This document shows positions 53,736-64,000 of a DNA stretch of 64,000 nt, in pieces; the stretch's first letter is position 1, and each line of letters begins with the position of its first letter. This DNA comes from Octopus sinensis (lineage: Eukaryota), in NCBI RefSeq assembly GCF_006345805.1, contig NC_043000.1, positions 146,196,001 to 146,260,000 of the forward strand, in the 5' to 3' direction. Made by a program: the position numbers and the translations under genes. The notes under the pieces are model-generated. The model saw nothing but the letters and a program-made list of their open reading frames with translations. It had not been told where the DNA came from and ran no database searches.

Positions 53736-56039
53736 GGTACGTACATATATTTTATTTATTAAATTGTTATTATATATATATATACATATATAAGCATCCA
53801 CATGAAGGAATGTGTAATCATTTATTAATGGTAATTTATATACACTCGCCTATTTTTTTTTATATTAAACTTAGCTGTATATGCCTGCGTAAGTGTTACC
53901 AATACATATCTTCTTCTATGCATTGGCGTTTCTATAGTTGTTGGCACTCTCTTTTATATGTGCTTTTGCTTATACATGTAGATTTGTGAGAAGCATATTT
54001 TAAAAGTATGAACATTGCTGCGCCGAAGCCATGTAGGTGATTGCTTTGTTTGTTTATCTAGCGACGAGAGATTTACATTCACTTAGTTCTGATAAAATAG
54101 ACCTTCAGCAAAGGCCTTATTCAATCATATTATTGTCTGAATAAACTTAATATATAGTTGAAATTTAGTTTGTTATTTCATACGTGCGTGTATGATGGAC
54201 TGTTTATATGAACGTGTATGTCTTAAATCAAATTTGCTTTATCCGAAATACACTTATAGGTAATATGCTATAAATTGAATACTTGTTAGAATGTCGCTTA
54301 CTATTTTCTGTAAATATAGTTTTGTGCATGCAAAAATCCATTTGTTATCGAAGGATAGCACAACACTCTATTGTCTGCGCTTAATTCTCACTTTTTAATA
54401 AATTCTCTGCTCTCATGAACTTAATATTTCTATTCTACGTCTTCATAAATCCCGTACAATGTTCGCAATATTACGGATAAAACAATGAAATATACCTATT
54501 ATATAAATGTTTATAATTGTTATTCATATTTCCGAAAAGTTCCACAAAATCACAAACTCCCTATTTTACTCATATTCTTTGGCACTTTAATCCCCTGTAG
54601 TTCGGGTTTATATTTAATAGCTGTACTGATGTATGACCGTGCGTATATCTGTGTGTTTCTCCTTTTTAGTTGATATTCAATAAATTTCTATTATTCAGCA
54701 ACACAACTGACTGCCACATTTGGCTTTATGTGAAATAGAGCTTCAATATTTAGTATATCAATATATACAGGAGTGATTTAACATATATATATCCTATTGA
54801 GTAACTTTAGATGTGGGAGACAGAATTATATCAAGCTAACTTTTGCAAATTAGCACTAAGTTTAAGCAAACCTACGGCAGGAGATGATGCAACCTCTATC
54901 AAGTGAGATTTTTTGGTAGGTCTCTATTATCCAATATGTCCTTCCTACATTTAACATTATAGAAGGATCACTATTTCTATTAGATCTATCGAACGAACAT
55001 ATATTTTCTTTGTTGTTACATGTAACACTAAGTTGGATTAAATCTGAACATTTTCCTTCCTGATGAATGGATTTTACTTTAAAAATTTTGCATTCCTTCT
55101 TTTTTTTATTAAACCGATTTAGCTTGTTTCATCTCCTTTTGGTGTACCACTTCTAATTTACTAAAGGCACTCTAAAGCTTTTGTACTGAGAACATAGACT
55201 TACGTGTACTTCTCATACTCACTTAATTGAAGACACTGTCCAATTGCATGGGCTTTAGCTACTATATTTCAATTAATGCTCTTAATAGATGAGTCAGCTA
55301 TCCTCGAAATTCATAGCACTGACAGTTAGTCATCTCATTTCCACCATATCAATTTGGAATTTCCAATTTTATGCACTCAGTTTAGGTTCTCACAGTCATT
55401 GCAGTAGATTCTACTTGTTTACTGTTCTACTTATTTGAACCAGTTCCACTTCTTTATCCACATGCTGCCAAGACTAAAATATTTTTGTTATCCCACTAAC
55501 CTCCACTCTGGTTATTAAGCCGTTTTTGTTACTGACAAATGCAGACTTCTTAATTATTTATATTCCCGACTACACCTCCGTGACCTCCATGTTCAACCTG
55601 TATCTTTTACCACTCCTTTTCCTCTACGCCCCCATCGCATCTTTCTTTACTTGAAACACTGTATAGTATATAATATACAATACACAACGCTCTGTCCTGC
55701 GTTCTGAATAGTATCTCTCACATCTCGTGACATAGTCTATCTATTTTAATTGAGTGATCTCAATCTGTTTATAACATAGCTCCCAAATGCGCTCGTGTGT
55801 GTGTATGTGTGTGCAAACACTTGAATAAAAAGATTCCGTTGTAGTTAGACATGAAAGAACAGGAGAGTTAATGATCCCAACTTGAAGAATTTTAGTCGAA
55901 TGAATCGAATCATACACACACACATGCATACATACACTCACACACACACACACATGCATACATACACACACTCACACACACACTCATATACACACATATA
56001 TATATATATGTGCATGTATATATATATATATATATACAC

Positions 56040-56132
56040 ATATACGAATACGACTGGCGTGTTTCAGTTTCTATCCAACAAATCTACTCACAAGGATTTA
56101 CTATCGGTGGCTATTGTAGTAGGCACTTGCCC
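56040..56132 (-). mobile_element. Fragment of a family B SINE
   Basis: TTTCAGTTTC..CAACAAATCTACTCACAAGG matches 28900-28975. Confidence 0.55.
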
Positions 56133-56923
56133 GCCCGGTGAAATATATATATATATATATTCTCCTCTCCCTTTCACGGTTATCTCTCTCTCTCACACAC
56201 ACACACTCTACCTCTTTGACTTTCTTGTCGCTCACACGTAACAAACGGCTATCCATCTTTCTTCCACTTGCTTCCTAAAGATATGACGTGCTTTTACCTG
56301 TCTCTTCTCAAAGCACGTTTTTATCTCCAGCGTTCTCCACTTCAAATCATATTGGCTTAAAGGCCCTCACCGTTTGTTGTCCTCAGTGTCCTGTTTTTGT
56401 TACCACTTTCACCATCCGCAAAAATTCTTGCGGGAAGGACTGTTTTAACGAACTCGCGTCTTGTCTCTACCTTCGAAAAGCGGAGTACTTAAAACAAGGG
56501 ACAACTGACGAAGGGAATGTTTTTGTTTTTTTATGTTGTCTTTCTCGTCTCTCAGTTTGTTTGTTTGTTTCTTCCGTTGTTCGAAAAATGCTTGTTTTTT
56601 ATGTTTTTGTTTTTTATGTTCTCGTTTCTCGTTTTGTACAATTTTATGTCCTGTAACCATATATGTATCATATATACATATATATGTATGTATGTACGTA
56701 TATTTATGTATATAGGCATATATTTATATATTATTTATATTATTATATATATGTATATATTTCTTATATTTCTCACTTTTTAAGCTTGGTACATATTCTA
56801 TAGATCACTGTTGCCAAACCGCTAATATACGGGGACCTAAACACATCATCATTGGTTCCCAGGTAGGTGGACCAACACACACACATACACACATACGCAC
56901 AAGTATGCGTATATGCATGTATG

Positions 56924-56983
<60 letters not shown>

Positions 56984-57311
56984 TAGATGAAAGAATGGAG
57001 TCGAACTAAGATGTTAACAAAATTCCTTTACTCTCGACGTATGTTTCGAAGACATCATGGTTTCATTCCAAACATAGGATAATTCATTCACCTATTTAAA
57101 TATATATATATATATATATAGTGATGCATATTTGCCATTTGAATATGGCTAACCCATAAGGGTGGATGCTACTGTAGTTTGTAGCCCCAGGAAGATATCT
57201 CCTCCAGCTGGCTATAGACACACTATCTGTATCCTCTCAGTATTTGTGAAGGGGAGCCACCTGTATCCTCTCAGTATTTGTGAAGGGGAGCCACCCTCCC
57301 CGTCTTCAACT

Positions 57312-57372
57312 CATGATACACACGTACCCGATTTTCAAGATGTTTACCTTTCATCAGCGTGTGACAATCATG
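57312..57372 (-). ncRNA. Type I hammerhead motif (copy 1)
   Basis: CAUGAU-UGU-CACACG-CUGAUGA-AAGGU-AAAC-AUCUU-GAAA-AUCGG-GUA-CGUGUG-U-AUCAUG. Confidence 0.7.
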
Positions 57373-57849
57373 GTTGTCGACATGAAGTCAGCTCCCTTCA
57401 CAAATACATATACTTTTTCCAGTGTCGATTGACACTGATATTGAAAAAGTGAAATCAAACAATGATAAATCTCAGAGCGAGTTATAAACAGTAGCGGTAA
57501 CATCGTGACGCATATTTGCCATTTGAATATGGCTAATCCATAAGGGTGGATGCTACTGTAGTTTGTAGCCCCAGGAAGATATCTCCTCCCTTCACAAATA
57601 CATATACTTATTCCAGTGTCGATTGACACTGATATTGAAAAAGTGTAGGGGCTACAAACTACAGTAGCATCCACCCTTATGGGTTAGCCATATTCAAATG
57701 GCAAATATGCGTCACGATGTGTTACTGCTACTGTTTATAACTCGCTCTGAGATTTATCATTGTTTGATTTCACTTTTTCAATATCAGTGTCAATCGACAC
57801 TGGAAAAAGTATATGTATTTGTGAAGGGAGTTGACTTCTTGTCGACAAC

Positions 57850-57910
57850 CATGATTGTCACACGCTGATGAAAGGTAAACACCTTGAAAATCGGGTACCT
57901 GTGTATCATG
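57850..57910 (+). ncRNA. Type I hammerhead motif (copy 2)
   Basis: Same as copy 1, but helix II is AAGGU/ACCUU (perfect) and helix I has one mismatch. Confidence 0.7.
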
Positions 57911-58134
57911 TGTTGAAGACGGGGAGGATGACTCCCCTTCACAAATACTGAGAGGACACAGATAGTGTGTCTATAGCCAGCTGGAGGAGATATCTTCCTG
58001 GGGCTACAAACTACAGTAGCATCCACCCTTATGGGTTAGCCATATTCAAATAGCAAATATGCGTCACGATGTGTTACCGCTACTGTTTACAACTCGCTCT
58101 GAGATTTATCATTATATATATATATATTATATAT

Positions 58135-58192
<58 letters not shown>

Positions 58193-58223
58193 TATATACA
58201 AACATGTATATATATATATATAT

Positions 58224-58452
58224 TATATTTATATTTATATATAACCGTCTTGAGATGATACATCTTTTTCATTTCGATTAGCAAATCTTTATTTTTTTCT
58301 GAGCTTATCCAATTCTTTTGCCGAGATATTATGGTCACATGATATGCTCATGCCCATCAATAAACAGGCTTTATTGTTTTGGTCTTTCACAACAATATCT
58401 TGTTTATTTGCTTTGATGGTTCGGTGTGTACATACTGGGAAGTCCCAAAGTC
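58224..58452 (-). mobile_element. R4/Dong-type LINE restriction-like endonuclease fragment
   Basis: LWDFQYVHRTIKANKQDIVVKDQNNKACLLMGMSISCDHNISAKELDKLRKNKDLLIEMKKMYHLKT. Confidence 0.8.
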
Positions 58453-61103
58453 TTGCGCTTTTCAGCCATTAAAGGATCACTTAGACCTCTGGCTACCAGA
58501 AACTTTTCCATCATGTCTGTATCGGGTTTAAACTGTCTGTCCATTTCGTCATCTGCAAATCACTTTTTAACTAAAATTAGCATCTGAGAGTATAGAAATA
58601 TCATATCATAATAATTACCCCCCCCCCACACACACACACTCACCGTCTTTCTCAGAACACGTGATAGATGTATCAATATTGGTTTAGGAGTAATGTTTCA
58701 GAATGCAGTGATTATTTTCCTGGTTTCCTTGAGCAATTTCCTTTACAGGGTTATGGTAAATATTTATATATTCTCATTTACCAATGTTATTGATGTTTTC
58801 TCTTTTGATATAGCGTAGTTGATATATTATATACTGTATTGTGTCAACTGTGTATATTCACAATGCTGTCAATATCCTTGCAAAGGCTTTCCTTTTTTGA
58901 TTTTCTCCTTAGCTATCTTTAACAACTGCTCTATATTCGAATACAATTACATACATATACACGTCACATTTTCCAATAATAAGTCTATTCCCGGAAAAAT
59001 ATTATTTTCCTGATAAGAAGCTAGGCTATTGAAGAATACAGATGGAAGAGGTTTTTCTATTGATAATAAACTTGGCTATTGGTTTGTAATTTTTGCATGC
59101 CTGATGCTTAGTTACGTAGTGTATTCCCTTCTCACAATCAGTCGAGCGTTGATTCGATATCTCGAACAATTTGTTGCATACTGATGCCCTAGCTTGATAT
59201 AATACTCTTTAAGTATTACAATCAGCAATTTGGGACTTGACCAATTTCGAAAGCCTTCTATTGGCAAATGTTCTTGATTGATTTGGTAAGTTACCAGCAC
59301 GTTGTACTCAGCATGATTGTGATGCTATTGTATTTTCTTCTCCATTTACTTTCTAAATAAGTTTGCGACTTATATTGTACGTTTCCGTTTCATATTTTCT
59401 CCCCATGTTATTCCATTTCAGTTGTTTTCGTTTCTTTAAATGTTATTTTGTATTTTATAATATAGTAGAACGTTTTGGTATTTTTGGTATTTGGTGCAAG
59501 AAATTTTCAGATGTTTCAGGTAATGTCATCCAACATGGATCAAGTCTCCTAGGTTTTCTTTTTCTTGTAGAATGTCTTACATTTCTACTTTGCACTTCTA
59601 CTATTTGTTATTTCCCTGTTATTTGGTTTGTTTTGCATATTTTTTGTGGGAGAGTGTGTTCTCTTTTTTCTTTTCCTTTCATCAATTCAGTGCCATAGGT
59701 TTCATTTCCATTTTTAAAGGCTTGGGTGAGCAGCGCTTTACTGTAATAAGCTGAACCTAGTTAAACTCGATAGATATATGCATTGAGCACGTTAATTCAT
59801 TTAACCTGTTCTGTTTGCTTCCGCGAAGATAATTTATAGGGGTTCCCAGTAATATCTAGATTTTTATTTACTCGTAGCTAAGAGATAAATTTCTGTTGAT
59901 CCAGGTTTATTGATTTTGTTGTGGTCACTTCGATTTTATTATTCCGTTGCATATTTGTGTTCCCTCGTTACATTGTGAAGTGTTTTGTACTATTTGTTGG
60001 AGTATGTATTTGTGGCTAGATATTTACGCGTTTTATGACATTTCCCTTCCATTTAAAATCGGTTTTACTCTGCTATTTTCATTCTTTTAAAAGCTCATCC
60101 GCTACACATACGTTAGTTACTGTTGTATTATTTACTTTTTGTTGTCAGGACTCAGATATTTTGTGTTCGGTGGTTAATGTTCAGATGGTTTCTATGAGTT
60201 TACTTTTTCTTAGTGTATCTGCTTTTTTTTCTTTTTGGTTTCAGTATTAATTCCCTAGATGAGTTGTGCTATTTCTGTATTAAATATCTGTACATTCCTT
60301 AATACATCTGAGTTTAGCTATCTCTTATCTACGTATCTTTTCACCACCAAATTTCATACGTCATTTTTATGAGACTTGCGAGTGTTGGTAAACCGTGCAG
60401 TATACTGCTAGCAGTTCCAGTTAATGCTCTGTGGTCAATCCTTCTTTTGTAGTTTCTGATTATTATGATAGAGAATAGCATTAGAATGTGTGCTTGGGAT
60501 CGATAAGCGACTCGTGGTATTTGGCTACAGATCTTTGCGTTCTGCGTTTGATATCGTCAATATCAATAAAACAAGAGCGTTGAATTCTAAGTTAAATTCA
60601 AGCCATATGGAAATCTGAGGTCAAATTACCACCATTCAAACATCATTGTTCGTTAAATATGTATTATTAATATTCTGACATAGATTTAATCTATTACCTC
60701 CGTACGTATAAAATTATGGTCATGTATTGTAAATGTCAATTTTTATCATTATTGCTTTTATTGCTCATATCACAAGGACAAAGTACTAACTGAAATCACT
60801 GTATTCAAGAGAAAACTACAGTGTAGTAATTATATAGGTTGCTTTACTTTCTACGTTTAAATGCTCCTCTGTACAACTGATATTCTATATTTCTTTGGTG
60901 AATAAAAATCAGTACCAATAATGTTTTCTCCTTGATTAAATAGTTTTAATGTGAGACCTTGTAACAATGTAAGATACTATCACCATCATTATCCTCGTTA
61001 TCATTCTCGTAATCATCATCATCTTCATCATTAGTAGCAGCTGTATTATTCTAACCGTCATGTTTCTCATATTGTTGCAGCAACTACTATCATTGTACTC
61101 CAG

Positions 61104-61296
61104 TAGGTGGTGCTGACAAACTCCTGGCTTTAGGTAAAAGAAAATACAGGAGGATCAGTTAAATATGATTTTATTCAATATATTCCCCTCTTAGATTCAC
61201 ACACTTATTGCAGTGATCCTTCAGTCTTTCTTAGACCTGTAAAATTGGGCCTTTTGTGAGGTTCTTAAAGCTAGGAACTTTTCAGCACCCCTCGTA
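61104..61296. mobile_element. Tc1/mariner-type MITE
   Basis: Terminal inverted repeats of about 30 bp: TAGGTGGTGCTGACAAACTCCTGGCTTTA / TAAAGCTAGGAACTTTTCAGCACCCCTCGTA, TA-ended. Confidence 0.75.
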
Positions 61297-62108
61297 TAGT
61301 GTATCACATTAGATGCCTAACAAATTATAGTTTGCCGGGTAATAAATTTCACACATCTACTTTCTGCTTTCAGATATCATGTCTGTCGTTGTTTGTCCCC
61401 TCTGTGTTTTGCCCCCTGTGGACAATAAAGAAATAAAATATCATGTATATCAGGATTGCATTTTTTCTTTAGGGTCCGTAAAAAAAAGAGAACCAGTCAA
61501 GTAGTCAGTTCAATATAATCGACTATTCTTATGAGAGGGTTGAACATGGCATCCCTTAAGTATGTGACAAGGGTATTCTATACAGATCTGTAGCAATTCT
61601 ATTCCGCTTAACATGTTCTCTTCATAATGGTATGGAAGGCCCTCTCACACTTTTATGGATTCGTGGTTTGAAATCGATAGCAATAAAAAATATACTTCGG
61701 AGATAGATTGATGGTGATTGTTGGTATCTTCATAGGGAAAATATTTCTAGAATTTTGATTAAAATGCGAATATTCATCCATCCTCGAATGTTCGATTTCA
61801 AAATGCAACTCCAAATTCTGACGACAACTCTGAAGAACACCAAAAATATAACCGAGTATGTACAGTTAGGAGGAAATCCCACTTTAAAACATTCTCCTCT
61901 CAAGAACAAAAGAGGTTGGACACACCTGACTGGCAATACTATAAACAAAACCACACGGATGATTAGAAAAATACAAGGACGAAGGTCAGTCGTCCAAACT
62001 TGAGATGGTATGTACTTGGGATACAATGAAGGAAAATATAAGTGACCAGCAGCCTGCCAACAACAGTAGTAAAATTTGTAGTAGCAGCAATAAAAACGAT
62101 AGGAAAAT

Positions 62109-62154
<46 letters not shown>
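62109..62154. repeat. (TAC)n microsatellite
   Basis: Seen directly. Confidence 0.95.
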
Positions 62155-62155
<1 letters not shown>

Positions 62156-63298
62156 GCTACCGCTGCTGCTGTTACTACATAAAAATTACCCAATCGACGA
62201 GAACATATACATCATAAAAATTTAGAACACGCAGAATATATACTGATTTCCCAAGCGACAAAGCGAGTTAATAGTATTCAAAAATGCAGAGAAATATACA
62301 AATATTGAAGGAGCCACTTACGTGCTTCTCTCCAAAATCAAGAATGACGAGCTTATAGGAAGAATAGCAGTGTGATACACATGAGACGAAAAACTGTGGA
62401 TATCATTTCGTTTTTAAGTAGTTGGCACAAATATTTCGAGGTACCGCTAAAATATCGCTAAAACTCTTGCCAATCCAGGCGATCGATGGATTACGTGAAT
62501 TGGCAGAGATTTTCGGAAGGGTATGGATTTCAAGATATGAACTGTTTCACAGGTCTTAGATAGTAGGTTGGCAGTGGGGACGGTATCTTCAGGTCCAATA
62601 AAAATTCATATCGCCGCTGACGAAGATTGCTCAAACATCTTCAAGCACCTAGAAATACCTTATACTCAGAAAAGGCCCTGCTCAAATTACTAGACGAATA
62701 GAACGGAATTTTGATCGCCTGGACATAAGCTAAAGCAAAGACTGAAGCAATTTTTTTCAATTATCTCTCAAATTAGTTACAAAAACGATATGGACATTGC
62801 ACTTAATTTAATGTATTATTTTATTGAGTTTTGCAAATAACGACACTAGATTTATATTTGCCTTCAAACTTCTATGTTCATTCTACTAAGTCGCATCTAT
62901 TCTTTGTGATCAAGGGAATGGACTACACTACTTCATCGTAAATTAGTAGTCCCATGATTATGTGGAAAATATTATTTTTCATAATTTTCTTTACATTTCA
63001 CTGTTTCACAAGAGTTTGTAAATTAAATAACGCACCTGATAGTGTTGTGGACTACTAGCCGACTTGTTCGTTTTTATTCTATGAAGAAGTTTTACCCATC
63101 TTTAAACTTTCAGCATTGAAGCTGTATATTTTCGATATATAGACTCCACAATTTACGTGATATTAAACTTTATTTTGTCATTTTCCCGGAAATATTGTAG
63201 CTACTTTTGAGATCTGATAAATGTAGGCAATTTTCTATAGAGCAAGATTGCAGAAATTTCGAACCGTCCAGTTATTGATCAATCATGCAGTTTCACAA

Positions 63299-63690
63299 GG
63301 TGGTGAGCTGGCAGAAACGTTAGCACGCCGGACGGACTGCTTATCGGTATTTCGTCTGCTGCTACGTTCTGAGTTCAAATTCCGGCGAGGTCGACTTTGC
63401 CTTTCATCCTTTCGGGGTCTATTAAATAAGTAGCAGTTACGCTCTGGGGTCGATATAATCGACTTAATCCGTTAGTCTGTCCTTGTTTGTCCTCTCTGTG
63501 TTTAGCCCCTTGTGGGTAGTAAGGAAATAGGTATTCCGTCTGTCTTTACGTTCTGAGTTCAAATTCCACCGAGGTTGACTTTGCCTTTCATCGTTTCGAG
63601 GTCAATAAATTAAGTACTAGTTGCGTACTGGAGTCGATCTAATCGACTGGAACCCTCCCCAAAAATGTCGGACCTTGTGCCTAGAATAGA
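63299..63690 (+). mobile_element. Tandem family A SINE (full copy plus headless second copy)
   Basis: Core GTTCTGAGTTCAAATTCC..CGAGGT.GACTTTGCCTTTCATC present twice. Confidence 0.85.
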
Positions 63691-64000
63691 AAAGAAAGGA
63701 CTCATGTAGCTTCGCACCCCGTTCGAATCTGCTTAGCGAAGCTATGACTGCTGAGTGTAAGAATTTACGTAGCTTCGTTGTTCAAATATTATTTTTAAAC
63801 GTGAATTTTGAAATAAACACCTAACTTCTTGTCGTAATAAACTGCTTACTAAATACAAGACAAAAAGCTAATTTGATGTAAGCGACCTCATGAAAATAAC
63901 AGACGAATTTTATTCAAATCACACACGGTGTTTTAAAATATAGGACGAGTTTTATGCTCAGAATCATTATCTAAAAATATAAAACACGAAATTATTATTG

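Larger units (their letters stand above)
57121..58113. repeat. Head-to-head tandem array of a 352-bp hammerhead-containing unit (candidate retrozyme or PLE-derived)
   Basis: About 1.4 units in each orientation; period 352 bp (57648 to 58000); 34-bp internal duplication at 57227-57294; orientation switch at about 57645; (TA)n at both ends. Confidence 0.9.

Noticed and set aside
56450-56520. Possible type II hammerhead: GAAC-UCGC-GUC, helix I UUGUCUC/GGGACAA, CUGACGA
   Set aside because: A15.1 is missing and no helix II can be formed beyond one pair; probably a PLE tail, but not a supportable ribozyme.
57031-57075. Minus-strand GAAAC-AUAC-GUC resembling an HHR 3' half
   Set aside because: No CUGANGA core and no helix I partner; at most a decayed PLE tail.
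58640-60600. Possible Penelope-like ORF remnant on the minus strand
   Set aside because: Composition suggests decayed coding sequence, but I could not recover a diagnostic RT or GIY-YIG motif.
61825-61875. AACT-CTGAAGA...GTAC-AGTT, HHR-like
   Set aside because: GAAA and helix II are absent.

Overview
AT-rich eukaryotic (metazoan) DNA, most likely octopus/coleoid cephalopod. This is inferred from the SINE families and the extreme (TA)n/(CA)n/(ACAT)n microsatellite density, not from a database match. I find no intact host protein-coding gene; almost all supplied ORFs are microsatellite read-throughs or decayed transposon frames. Recognisable content: RTE-clade LINEs (one near full length, one internally deleted, two fragments), R4/Dong-type RLE LINE remnants, three mariner remnants plus a Tc1/mariner MITE, a decayed hAT transposon with an 8-bp TSD, three non-autonomous Helitrons, and three tRNA-derived SINE families. 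The most interesting layer is RNA-level. There are several type I hammerhead ribozyme (HHR) motifs of the Penelope-like (PLE) kind, one with a compensatory G3-C8 core. A 352-bp tandem, head-to-head repeat carries one HHR per unit and is a candidate non-LTR retrozyme. A series of fold-back elements with about 120-130 bp arms have hinges at or beside HHR-like sequence. All RNA folds were derived by eye and are untested.
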